A stretch of 64,000 bases of DNA from contig CAWJTV010000005.1 in the NCBI GenBank assembly GCA_963845755.1, positions 192,001 to 256,000 on the forward strand, given 5' to 3'. Position 1 is the first letter of the stretch; every line of letters starts with the position of its first letter. The notes below the pieces were generated by a model. The model was not told the DNA's origin. It did not search any database and worked only from the letters and a program-made list of their open reading frames with translations. A program made the position numbers and the translations under genes. Source of the stretch: an uncultured Planctomycetota bacterium. Its GTDB lineage: Bacteria > Planctomycetota > Planctomycetia > Isosphaerales > Isosphaeraceae. Positions 21,516 through 32,249 of this stretch are shown here, piece after piece.

Positions 21516-21731
21516 ATGAGAAGAGCGTGTTTTCGGTCCGCTCGCATCGTTCTGCTCATTCTATTCATTGGCTCACATCTCTCCTTGGTCGGTTGCAATG
21601 ACGAGTCAAGGACATCGGGTACGATGGTTCAGGTCAGCGAAGAAGCTACAGCCCACAGGAAGTCCAAGATCGAGTCGTACAAGGGGGGACGTCCCAAGAG
21701 CAAGACCAAGGCCGCTACTGAGAAGAACTAG
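21516..21731 (+). CDS. Small lipoprotein associated with DUF1559 gene
   Basis: MRRACFRSARIVLLILFIGSHLSLVGCNDE... lipobox LVGC, Lys-rich tail. Confidence 0.65.
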   Translation: MRRACFRSARIVLLILFIGSHLSLVGCNDESRTSGTMVQVSEEATAHRKSKIESYKGGRPKSKTKAATEKN

Positions 21732-21887
21732 CTGGTCGCGGACACGTCCTCGGGAAAAGTCGCGGGAAATCGGCCGTGAGCGATCTTTTCGACGGCCACA
21801 TTCATTCGTCCGACACCGGTCCCGGATGTCGGGCGGAGATCATTTCATGATCGCGTTGCCTTCGTCCCTCCGATGGAGATCCGTCCC

Positions 21888-23012
21888 ATGAGAGTACGTC
21901 GAGGCTTCACCCTCATTGAGCTTCTCGTCGTCATCGCCATCATCGCCGTCCTGATCGCGCTCTTGCTGCCGGCAGTCCAGGCAGCACGAGAAGCGGCGCG
22001 GCGCATCCAATGCACCAATAATATGAAGCAACTTGCCCTGGCGTTGCACAACTACATTTCGGCGACTGGGGCCGTGCCGCCGGGGATCGACAACACGGTG
22101 ACCTACATCGGGAACACGCCGCCGAGCCAGCTCGCGACCTGGACGGCCTGGAGCGCTCAGTCCTTGCTCCTGCCCTATGTCGAGCAGGGGCCGCTTTACA
22201 ACGCGGCGAACTTCAACTGGAACTGTTGCTATGTCAGCTCCCAGGGCAACGCGACCAACTTCACGATCTACAACACGAGGATCGCGAGCTTCCTCTGCCC
22301 TTCCGATGCGCTCGCGGGTCAACAGAACATCAACAGCTATCACGGAAGTATCGGGACGTCCACCATCCAATACCCGGCGGACGGTAACACGACCGGGGTC
22401 TTCCGCGTGTATAACAATGTAAACTCATGTGCATCAGTCACTCTGGCCGCCATCACCGACGGAACTTCGAACACGATCGCCTTCGGCGAGGGTCTCGTGG
22501 GGGATTTCGGCAAGAATGATAGCTACCGGGGAAACGGCATGTCGGGGGCGTCCGATCCGACGGGGGGGATTGTCCCCGGGACGATCCCCGGGAATAACGC
22601 GGAGGCCAATCCGGCCGCCGTCCTCCAGGCTCTCAATGCTTGCAACGCCTTCTGGAAGAGCAGCGCACTCGCCACGTGCTCGGGGTATTCGGCTTGTGAC
22701 GGCGTCGGCCTGAAGCAGTACAACGGTCAGCTCTGGGCACTGGGTGAACGCGGTTATACGTTGTTCAACACGGTCGTCCCTCCGAACTCGAAGCAATACC
22801 CCTGGCGCAGTTGCCGCCTCGGAGCGTCCTGTCCGAGCTGTGCGCCGGAGGGGTCGAGTTTCATCAATTCCAGCAGCTTTCATCCTGGAGGATGTAATTT
22901 CGCGTTCGCCGACGGGAGCGTCAGGTTCATCAAGGATTCGATCAATATGCTGACGTATCAGTCTCTGGGCACCCGCAACGGTGGCGAGGTGATCAGTTCC
23001 GACAGCTATTGA
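21888..23012 (+). CDS. DUF1559 family prepilin-type N-terminal cleavage/methylation protein
   Basis: [68 protein letters not shown]. Confidence 0.95.
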   Translation: MRVRRGFTLIELLVVIAIIAVLIALLLPAVQAAREAARRIQCTNNMKQLALALHNYISATGAVPPGIDNTVTYIGNTPPSQLATWTAWSAQSLLLPYVEQGPLYNAANFNWNCCYVSSQGNATNFTIYNTRIASFLCPSDALAGQQNINSYHGSIGTSTIQYPADGNTTGVFRVYNNVNSCASVTLAAITDGTSNTIAFGEGLVGDFGKNDSYRGNGMSGASDPTGGIVPGTIPGNNAEANPAAVLQALNACNAFWKSSALATCSGYSACDGVGLKQYNGQLWALGERGYTLFNTVVPPNSKQYPWRSCRLGASCPSCAPEGSSFINSSSFHPGGCNFAFADGSVRFIKDSINMLTYQSLGTRNGGEVISSDSY

Positions 23013-23103
23013 GTGCGGGTTTGCGGCCTCCTCGATGAGGCACTCAGCCGCGTCGGAGATCTCCCCGGCGCGGCCTGTCTTGGCTCGGTAGCCCGCGTGG
23101 ACC

Positions 23104-23908
23104 TCAAGAGGGCAAGGGCGAGGCGGGCTCGCGCTTCGGGGATTGGCGCAAGGCCAGGACCACACCGACCGCTGCCAGGATGGCGACCAGCAATTGGGCC
23201 ATCGCTCGTGTCGTGATCGAGGATGACACGGGTAGGTCTGTCTTGCTGGTCGCGAAGGCGAGGGCACCGACAAGTTCGTAGATAATCGTCGCCGCGCCCC
23301 CCCCGACGAGCCCCCCCGCAACCGTGTAGGATCCAGCGGTGCTTGCCCCCGAGCCCCAGCCCGAAGGCGAGGCCGCCGATCGCACCCAACGTCGACCAGA
23401 TCGCACCATGAGTGAGCAAGGGGAGCACCAGATCGTTCGATTGAGGGTCGTGTATCTTGTAGAAATTCGACACGAGGACCAGCGCCAGGGAAGCCCCGGT
23501 AGCCGTGCCGAGTACGAGTCCCGCCATGGCGGCCGAGGCACTCGCGAGGACCGAACGCCGAGCCAATCCGCCCGCCAGGCCCATCGTCAGTCCCAAGAAG
23601 CTCCCCATCGTCATGAAGGTCAGCGTGGCGCTGTAAAGTCGGGCATCCCTCCAGTGTTGTAGGTCTTCGGCGGTCGGATGGGCTTTGACCGTGGGAACCA
23701 GGTCGCTCTGGTAGCGACCCAGGATCACCTCCCCGACGAGCGAGGAGGCCACGCCGGCCATGAGTCCCGCGGCAATTCCGAGGATCAGGATCCGACCCTG
23801 TTGGTCTGGAGATCGCTTCGGAACAATCGGGACGGGGTGCGGCGCGATTCCCGTGGACGTGGGGTCGGGTCGGTCGGGATGGGTCGGTTCGGGTTCGGAG
23901 GAATCCAT
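23104..23908 (-). CDS. Multi-pass membrane protein (frameshift near 23330)
   Basis: Several Gly/Ala-rich hydrophobic helices in frames 23006..24178 and 23104..23541. Confidence 0.65.
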
Positions 23909-24180
23909 CGAGTCGGCTCCGGATCTGCCGTTGGAGTGAGCGACCTCGGGCTGTAGCGATCGCCCCGACGTCATGGACCACCACGACGGTCTGTCCCACT
24001 CGTTGCGAACCATGATGACAACCGATCCAACATCCGACAACTCGGCAATGGTTGAGGCGCCTCGGAGATTCCTGGGCCGCCGACGAGTTCTACGGACTCC
24101 CGGCGGATGGTCCGGCTCGATTGAGGAAGGTCTTGACCGGGTCCTCAGTATGGGACACGCTAAACAGGGGAGGTCCAAGC

Positions 24181-24618
24181 ATGACTCCGAGTGAACTGGA
24201 GAGGCTCTGGGAGGAGCATCTTGCCGGCGAGTTCTCCACCAAGGACGTTGAGGCCACTCTGGCGACGATGGTCGATGACGCCTCCGTCGACCACGTCCCG
24301 GTTCACAGCGGCGGACGGGGCAAGGAGGCGCTTCGTGCCTTCTACCGGGACGTCTTCATCCCCTCATGGCCCGACGACCTCGTGCAAACGCCTCTCAATC
24401 GCGTCGTCGGCGACGGCCAGCTCGTAGACGAGATCCGCACGAGGTTCACCCACGATCGGCCGATGGAGTGGTTCCTCCCCGGCGTGCCGCCGACGCATAA
24501 AACGGTCGACATCGACATCATCGTGGTCGTGCAATTCCGCGGCGACAAAATCGCCTGCGAACGGATCTACTGGGACCAGGCCACGGTGCTACGGCAAGTA
24601 GGGCTGTTGGCAGATTAA
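24181..24618 (+). CDS. SnoaL/NTF2-like ester cyclase family protein
   Basis: LWEEHLAGEF..KDVEATLATM..HVP..FTHDRPMEWFLPGVPPT..ERIYWDQATVLRQVGLL; GGGGAGG RBS. Confidence 0.85.
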   Translation: MTPSELERLWEEHLAGEFSTKDVEATLATMVDDASVDHVPVHSGGRGKEALRAFYRDVFIPSWPDDLVQTPLNRVVGDGQLVDEIRTRFTHDRPMEWFLPGVPPTHKTVDIDIIVVVQFRGDKIACERIYWDQATVLRQVGLLAD

Positions 24619-24796
24619 CCCACCGCATGTGAGCCCCTGCCGAACCACTTCAGACAACCTCAGCCATGCGTGATATCGCGAACGGTCGGCAGGACTTGCC
24701 GAGCCGCTCGTCGAGAATTCCGGGAATCCTGGATGAATCCAGCCCTCGAGCGGCTTTATTGGGTATAGACGGCATGCATCACCAGGGGGCTGTTCC

Positions 24797-25429
24797 ATGG
24801 CACGCCACGCGACCGGGGTTTCGCTGCTCCCTGTTCTCTCGCTTATCGATGTCGGAGGCGACTGTCGGCCTGACGGACGCGCAGTTGCTGGAGCGGGTTG
24901 CGACCCAACAGGGAGAGGACGCCGAGGTGGCGTTCGCGGCGCTGGTCGAGCGGCATGGCCTGTTGGTGTTCCGCGCCTGCCGGGGGATCCTCCGGCACGA
25001 TCACGACGCGATGGACGCGTTTCAGATGACTCTGGACCCGAGGAGTTCCTGATCTAACGGGTCAGCAGAGACGGCTCGGACCGGGTGCGTCTCGGGGACC
25101 CGAAGACCGCCAACGGTTCGAGTCGCTTCTCACCCGACGGGAAGAAGATCGTGTTCTGGACCGGAGCTCTCCGCCGAGGAGAAGGACCAGGGCCATGGGT
25201 CCGCGTCATGGATCGCGATGGCGGCCAGGTCCGGACCGTCCTGGAGGGAGAGGCGGGCGCGATGAATGGCTACGTCACGCCGTGCTGGTCGCCCGATGGC
25301 AAACGGATCGCGGTGGTCGCCCAGGAGATCATGGGTTGCGTGATCATCGTCGTCGATGCGGAAGGTAAGTCGCCGCCTCGACGGCTCCCCAACGCCCATC
25401 GGAACCTCTCGACGATCGATTGGCCGTGA
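24797..25429 (+). pseudogene. Remnant of an extended ECF sigma factor: N-terminal sigma2 fragment joined to C-terminal PD40/TolB-like repeats
   Basis: GLTDAQLLER..AEVAFAALVERHGLLV.R.CR.ILR..HDA.DAFQ (like 36641 ECF) stops at 25052, immediately followed by FSPDGKKIVF..WSPDGKRIA..IDWP. Confidence 0.7.
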
Positions 25430-25447
25430 CGTCTGTCTGGCCGGTCG

Positions 25448-26407
25448 CTACCTTGCAGGCACGGCATGCTTGCGGATGTAATCTTCGACGGGCATCGGCG
25501 TCGCCGGCCCGATGTAGTGGAACACCTCGGCGTATTCGACGCCGTACTTCCGCCCGAGCTCCCGGTTGCGCGCCAGGACGAACTCCTTGACGTAATTGCG
25601 GTCGGCCGTCGCGTCGTCGTCGCCCAGGAGCGGCAGACGCTGGTTCTTCCTGGCCAGCTCGGCGCGGAGCTGCGACCCGTGATGACCGGCCGGTCCCTTG
25701 GCCTGGTTGGCCCGATTGGCCTCCACCTTGGTATCGATGACACCGCTGATGTCCACCACACGGCGTGATCTCTGGCCGCCGCGCGTAATAGTACTTTTCC
25801 TTGACCGCTTGGGGCTGGAGACCGGCCGCGAATTGCTCGGGATAATCGTGAGCCCGGCCGGCCATCCAGCACGCCGCTTCCACCCCTTTGGCGATCATGG
25901 CGTGGTCGGGGTTCTCCTCGTCGTGCGCCCACGGGTCCCAGCAAACCACCGTGTCGACCTTCAATAACCGGATCAGGAAGATCAAGCGGCATTGCAACTC
26001 GTTCTGCGAGACGTCGCCCATGCGGTGGTTGCCGTAGTTGAGGTTGAAGACCCGTTTGAGCCCGAGGATCCGCGCGACTTCGTCGTTGTCGCGCTCGTTG
26101 CCAAGTACGTGCTGGCCGATGGTTCCGGGCGTCCCCAGTCCGGCACGTCGCCCATGTCGTCGTTGGTCGCCCGGACCAGATAGCCCGTGTAACCTTCCTT
26201 GACGAGCTTGGCCACCGTCCCGGCGGAGGTGAGCGGGATGTCGTCGGAATGGGCCTGGATCGCCAGGAGCACCTTGCCCTGGTGAGGCGTGCCCGTGGCC
26301 GCTCGTTCCAGGAAAACCTCACGGTTCACTTCCTGGGCCTTCACCGATCGGGAGCGCAGTAAGGCCGTGCCGACCAGCATCGTGGTGAGGAAATCGCGTC
26401 TTTGCAT
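25448..26407 (-). CDS. PIG-L/LmbE family deacetylase with Tat signal (frameshifts)
   Basis: MQRRDFL Tat motif, QAHSDDI, EENPDH, VDISGVIDTKVEA, YAEVFH. Confidence 0.82.
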
Positions 26408-26465
26408 CGTGGTGTCCTTGTTCGGGTCGTGGTGGGGTCGAACGAGTTCTTGGGGCGAAACGCCA

Positions 26466-28118
26466 TCAGGCGCATCGCCCGCTACCATTCGCACGTGTAC
26501 CAGGCCCCGGGGTCATCGTCAAATGCCCTTGGTCCGATACCGCCATCGGCGAAAGCCCGGTGGCTTGTCGGTGATCCAACCGTAGGCGGTTCGCGAGGTG
26601 GAACCAGTCACGGACCGATCGGCGCATGAGGTAGGCGACGGTCGAGACCGCGAGCGCAGTTTGTACGGCCTGGAAGCCGAGCTCGAATTGAACGCGGCCC
26701 TGGAGAAGGTCCGGGATTATCGCGCCAAAGAGCATCCAGGCGGCCAGCAATGAGGATACGCCGATCGAGACCCAACGGGCCCAGCGGTTGGCGGCGAGGA
26801 GGCCGAACCCGACCCAGAGGAAATAGGCGGATGCGAGGAAGAGCCAGGGGACTCCCTTGGCGAGGTAGTAGCGAACTTCCGGCGAGGTGATCACATGCGC
26901 TCCACGACCGCCCCCGGAGTCGATCGGCAGCTCATAATAGACTCTAGTAATCAGTATAAACATTGACAAGAGAACGAACGCGGAGCCCATGAAGGCCAGG
27001 AAGTGGGCGAAGGCGAGGACCAGGATGCCGGCCGGCCGCTCCGCCTTGATCTCGCGCAGGTCGAGGCGGTAGCGGTAGGGTGGCGCGGTGACCGACTTGC
27101 CATCGAGCCAGTTCTTCAGGTCGGCGGCGAATTCGGCGGCTGTCTGGTAGCGGTCGTCGGGGTCTTTGGCCGTGGCCTTGTGGAGGACAGCCTCGAGGTC
27201 GCGCGGGAGTGCCGGGTTCCGCCACGATGCGGGGGGCATGGCCTTGGTCACGATCTGCCGCAGGACAGCCTCCCGCGTCGGTGCGGAGATCGGGCGGCCC
27301 AGCGTCAGGGTTTCGTAGAGGACCATGCCGAGCGAGTAGATGTCGGTCCGGAGGTCGAGGTCGAACCGCCCCGTGACTTGCTCGGGCGACATGTACATCG
27401 GCGTTCCAACCAGGGCCCCTGTGTTCGTCAAGCTGACGTCTTCGAAGAAACGGGCGACGCCGAAGTCGATCAAGTGGACATGTCCTTGCCGGTCGAGCAG
27501 GATGTTCTCCGGCTTGACGTCGCGATGGACGACGCCGCGCTCGTGGGCGTGCCCGAGTGCGAGCGCAGCCTCGATCCCCAACTCGCAGCAACGCTTCCAG
27601 TAGGACCGTGACGCGAAGACCTGCCGCGCCTCCGGAGTCAGGGCCCGCTCATCGTCTGGCACATCATCGGCAGGGTGGTCTGCGGTGCGGACAAAGTCCG
27701 CTGTCGGTTCGTCGAAGCGCACCTCCCGTGGTACGGCCTCCCGCGGCTGCACTTCCCCGAGCGCACGGTCGATCGTCAGGCCGACGTCGTGCCCGGCCGC
27801 GAGACGGTCGATGACGTCGCGGAGCGGAAGGCCGTCGATGAACTCCATGGCCATGTAGCAGACGTGTCGATCCTGACCGATGAAGTGCACGCCTGCGATA
27901 CTGGGGTGGTGGAGCTTCGCCACCGCCTGCGCCTCGCGATGGAACCGCATCCGGTCCGCATCCCGGTTCAACGCCGTTCCCAGGACCTTGAGCGCAACGA
28001 TGCGGTCGAGCGAGATTTGGCGAGCTCGGTAGACGATCCCCATGCCACCCGCCCCGAGGCGGCTCTCGATCCGGAAATCGCCGATTTCGACGCCTGACTC
28101 GAGATCGTGTTGGTCCAT
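26466..28118 (-). CDS. Ser/Thr protein kinase with C-terminal TM helices
   Basis: LGAGGMGIV, VALKVL, HRDVKPENIL, DFGVA, GTPMYMSPEQ, DIYSLG; about 4 TM helices at the C-terminus. Confidence 0.92.
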   Translation of the reverse strand: MDQHDLESGVEIGDFRIESRLGAGGMGIVYRARQISLDRIVALKVLGTALNRDADRMRFHREAQAVAKLHHPSIAGVHFIGQDRHVCYMAMEFIDGLPLRDVIDRLAAGHDVGLTIDRALGEVQPREAVPREVRFDEPTADFVRTADHPADDVPDDERALTPEARQVFASRSYWKRCCELGIEAALALGHAHERGVVHRDVKPENILLDRQGHVHLIDFGVARFFEDVSLTNTGALVGTPMYMSPEQVTGRFDLDLRTDIYSLGMVLYETLTLGRPISAPTREAVLRQIVTKAMPPASWRNPALPRDLEAVLHKATAKDPDDRYQTAAEFAADLKNWLDGKSVTAPPYRYRLDLREIKAERPAGILVLAFAHFLAFMGSAFVLLSMFILITRVYYELPIDSGGGRGAHVITSPEVRYYLAKGVPWLFLASAYFLWVGFGLLAANRWARWVSIGVSSLLAAWMLFGAIIPDLLQGRVQFELGFQAVQTALAVSTVAYLMRRSVRDWFHLANRLRLDHRQATGLSPMAVSDQGHLTMTPGPGTRANGSGRCA

Positions 28119-28288
28119 AGGTCTTGGGTGGCATCATGTTGATGCGATCGCCCCTCTGCGATTACGCAGCCCGAAGCGGGCGCCGAGCCTCCGAGCAATC
28201 TCTCTGGCAACAGACAGATTACCACAGACAAGGCGCAGGAAAGGGCCACCATTCGTCACGCATGAACCGAGCGTCGTTCCAGCAGTGG

Positions 28289-28306
28289 ACACGATCGTGT
28301 TATAAT
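28289..28306 (+). promoter_or_regulatory. Extended -10 promoter abutting a 12-bp palindrome
   Basis: ACACGATCGTGT (perfect palindrome) followed directly by TATAAT, giving TGnTATAAT. Confidence 0.45.
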
Positions 28307-28488
28307 CCAGCCGATTCGCCGGCCGGCTTGTCATTCGGATCGGCATGCGGCGACCGAGTCATGCCATTCGGGCGGTTTCGCGACGCGATGGAACGTTTGC
28401 GGGACTGAGGCGTCCAGGACGCCGAACACGACGGGATGCCGTGATTCCCTCGGACCCGCCGGATCAAAATCGGGGGCAGACCAGACTG

Positions 28489-29128
28489 ATGAGCCAACAC
28501 CTCGTGCTCCTGGGCGACTCCATCTTCGACAACGCCCGTTACGTGACTGGCGGACGTCCTGCAGTCATCGATCAGGTGCGGAACCGGTTGCCCCAGGGCT
28601 GGTTGGCGACGCTGCTGGCGATCGATGGAAATGTCATCAGTTACGTTCATCAGCAGCTCAACGTGTTGCCCGCCGACGCGAGCCACCTGGTCCTCAGTAT
28701 CGGCGGGAACGACGTGCTGAATCAAATCACGATTCTGCGGGAACGGGTGTCGACGGTCGGCGAGGCGCTTCGCGTGCTCCTCGAAAGCCGCCGCACATTT
28801 CCAGGAGGACTATCTCCGACTCATGGCAGCGATCCGGGATCGCGGTCTGCCGACGATCATTTGCACGATCTACAATCCGTGTTCGGACGACGATGAATTT
28901 CAGCGCGCGGCGGTCGCGGCACTCTGCCTGTTCAACGATGCCATCATCGACAGTGCTCGCCGATTTGGGTTCCCCGTCATCGATCTACGCGTCGTCTGCT
29001 CGCAGATCGCCGACTATGCCAATGAAATTGAGCCCTCGGCGGCCGGCGGCGCGAAGATCGCGGAGGCGATCTGCCAGGTCGTGACGGGGCATGATTTCGC
29101 GACGAGGCGGAGTGTCATCGTTCCGTGA
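28489..29128 (+). CDS. SGNH/GDSL hydrolase (frameshift near 28790)
   Basis: HLVLLGDSIFDN, LSIGGND, CTIY, YANEIEPS..GG.KIA. Confidence 0.85.
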
Positions 29129-29167
29129 TTTGACAATTCGGACTTGAATGCGGGACTTACGAGCACG

Positions 29168-30537
29168 ATGAGGGGATCGCCTCCGAAATCACCGACGACA
29201 CCCTCGCGCAGCCAGGACGGGCGGTACCTCCTGGCGTGGTGGACTCTCACGTTGGCCTTGATCTGGGGAGGAATCCTGCGTTCGGTCTGGATCGAGGACA
29301 TGGAGTGGAAAGAAGACGAGCAATGGTCCTACCGGATGAGCCAGGAGGTGGGCCGGACGCGGCCCTGGTCATGGGTGGGGATGCCGACGAGTCTGGGATT
29401 CCCGAATCCCGGGATGAGCGAGTGGGTGTTCATCGCCATCGGTCGAGTGGCGACGACGCCGACGTCGATGGCTCGCGTGGTCGTCTTGCTGAACATGATC
29501 GGCCTGATCGGCTTCGCCGGCGCGGTCCGCGCCTTCCTCCCTGACAGGGAGCGAGAGGCCTGGCTCTGGGGGCTGGCGCTCCAAGCGGTCAGTCCCTTCG
29601 CCATCCGCATGTCGCGGAAGTTGTGGCCGCCGTCGCTGTTGACACCCTTGCTGCTGGTGCTTTGGATCAGTCATCGACACCGTCAGGACCGCTGGGGAGC
29701 TTTTGCGTGGGGACTGGTTGGTGCCTTGATCGGTCAGGTACACCTGAGCGGTTGGTTCGTGGCGGCGGGGCTGGTCGTCGGCACCGCGGTCGCCGAATTC
29801 CGAGGCAGCCTGCCCAGATCGCGCCACTGGCACTTCTGGCTCCTCGGCAGTGCACTGGGCCTGATCAGCGCCATCCCCTGGGCACGAGTTCTTCTCACGC
29901 CACCCTTCGCTCCGCCCACGGGGTTCTTCGAGAACGATCTCTTCCATCGGTTTATGGGATATCTTTATGGAATCGTGGCGACCACGTCGAGCTTGCTTCC
30001 TTTCGTGGTCCTGGGCTTGGGTCGTGATTCCGTTGCGTATGACGTCGGCCCGATCATTTATGGCTTCCCGATGCACGTCCCCGACCTGCTTCGGCTGTTC
30101 ATCACGCTGGCAGTGGTCTTGAGGATCGCGGTAAGGCTGATCGACGCATTCATCGCTCCCTGCCTCCGATGGACATTGAGAATGATCTCGCGGTACCGGC
30201 AGGCCCGGGAATGGGGATGCTTCCGCATCGAGTGAGCCAGCCCATGCCGGCGGCGCATGTGCGTCCACAGCGTTCTACCTCTGGTCCACCGTCGCCCTTC
30301 CGAGTGCCATCTTTGTTCTGACCACAAACGTCTACTTCTACCACTACTACTTCGTGCTGTGTCCTTTGGTATTCGTCCTGGTCGCGGTGTCCCTGCTTCC
30401 GTGGCGGCGCTTTCTCCTGAGTCTGGTGATCGCACAGGCCCTCTTGAGCTATCTCTTCCTCAGCTACGTCCACCAGCAGGCGCGGGCCTATTCGCGGGGA
30501 GTATGGCTTGAGCTACTCTCGCCAAGGGAACGAGTGA
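29168..30537 (+). CDS. Polytopic membrane protein, possible GT-C (ArnT/PMT-like) glycosyltransferase (frameshifts)
   Basis: TM helix then EWKEDE acidic motif, GMPTSLGFPNP, SPFAIRMSRKLW, QVHLSG; many TM helices; last frame ends EYGLSYSRQGNE*. Confidence 0.55.
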
Positions 30538-30569
30538 AGCCGGCCGCGGAGATCCTCCCGGATCGTCTC

Positions 30570-32249
30570 TCAACGACCGCCTCTGTCCGATTTCGGCGCA
30601 AACTGCGATTTCATGAGGACCCAGCAGTTCGGGTCGAGCGCGACCGAAGTGGGAGCTTTGTCGGCCTTGATCGAGAATCGTTGCTGTCGCTCGGTCATCT
30701 CGAACTTCTCGATACGAGGCTGGGCAGATCCCTCGATCGTTATGCCGATCTCGATCGGGAGCCGAAAGGGATCTCCGGGCTGGTCCTGGGTCAGGGCGAT
30801 CTCGATGAGATGATCTGCCGCGCGGTGTTGCCACGAGCCGTTCACCTCGGGAGAGCCGGGGCGCTTGAGCCACTGCTGAAAGAACCAGCCGAGGTCCTGG
30901 CCGGACTTCTCCTCCATGACGCGTCGGAAGTCGTCGGTGCCGACATTCCCGTCTCGATAACGGTGGTAGTAATCACGAATGCCAGCCCAGAAGACCTCGG
31001 TGCCGAGCCGGCCACGGAGCATGTGGAGCGTCCAGCCGCCTTTCTGGTAAACCAGTCCGTTCAAGACCTGGCGCATGTCAGCCAGGTTGTCATGAATGAC
31101 GGCGAGGCGAGGGTTGCGCTTCTCGATCCCGAATACGATGTCTCGACTCCGCTTCAATCCGCCGACGAACGCATCTCGTCCGGAGTCGTGTTCGAGGAAT
31201 AGGAGAGCGAAGTAGGTTGCGAACCCCTCGCTGAGCCAGACATCGTCCCAGTCGCGTTCGGTGACGGCGTCGCCGAACCACTGGTGCGCGACCTCATGCG
31301 CGACGATGCTGTCCAGGCCGCGGCCTGAGACCGAGCGCTCTCCGTAGAAGATCGCGCTGGCGACCTCCATCCCGCCGCTGATCCCCGCGGCCTGGACCCC
31401 GCCGAGCTTCTCGTAGGGGAAAGGGCCGATGTGCTCGGAGAAGAACTCGAGAACCCGGCGCCCGGGTTCTCCAGGGCCGGCATGACCGCATCACGATCCT
31501 GACGATAGACCCAGCTCTCGAGCGGGACACCTTTGACCAGGCCGGCGTGGTGCGAGGTGAACTGGGCCACGCCCAGGGCATTGAGCCAGGAGGCGATCGG
31601 GACCGATTGCTTCCAGTGCGTGAGGCGCCGGCCGTCGCCCAGGTCGGTCTCTTCCTGTAAGAGACCATTGGACACCACCTGGTAGCGTGCGGGGGCCGTG
31701 ACGTGGAATTCGCTGGTCGCCTTGTCGTACGGGTGATCGATCATCGGCAGCCACCGCCGCGCCTTGTCGGGCCAGTTGTCGCTGAAGAAGGTGCGTTCGC
31801 CGTGCCGGTTCTTGCCGATGCGGAGCCCGGCGGATGGGATGCCGTGATAAGCCACGGTGAACGTACGGCGCTCGCCCGCAGTGGTCGTCGAATCCAGGAT
31901 AATGCGGAGCCGGTCGTCCTTGTGCTCGAAGGATCGCGGGAGCTCCTCGAGACGTCACGGCGGAGACCGTCATTCCCTTGCTCGAAGCCGGCGACGTCAG
32001 GTCAAGCCGGAAATCTTTCAGGCCGTCCTGGAGGAACCGCAGGTCGACGGTTGCTTCGCCTTCGATGTCGTCTGACTCGTCGCGGAGCGTGATTCGGAAC
32101 GCATAGTGCAGGGCATCGATCCCGGCCTGGCGCGGATAGGTGTCGGCAGGGCAAGGTGGCGCGAGGAGAGCGATGCCGAGGAGTATGGGCAGTCCTGGGA
32201 CCAACGTGGCCCGCACCAGGAAAACCGATCGTGAGGAGTCTGGACTCAT
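30570..32249 (-). CDS. M1 family zinc aminopeptidase with signal peptide (frameshifts near 31935 and 31460)
   Basis: GGME motif, HEVAHQWFG..18..E (WLSEGFATY), YQKGGW.LHMLR. Confidence 0.9.

Noticed and set aside
22434..23999. 521-aa minus-strand ORF, and similar long ORFs such as 29369..30268, 43347..44501 and 49727..50860
   Set aside because: Shadow or alternative frames of well-supported genes in high-GC DNA, with no motifs.
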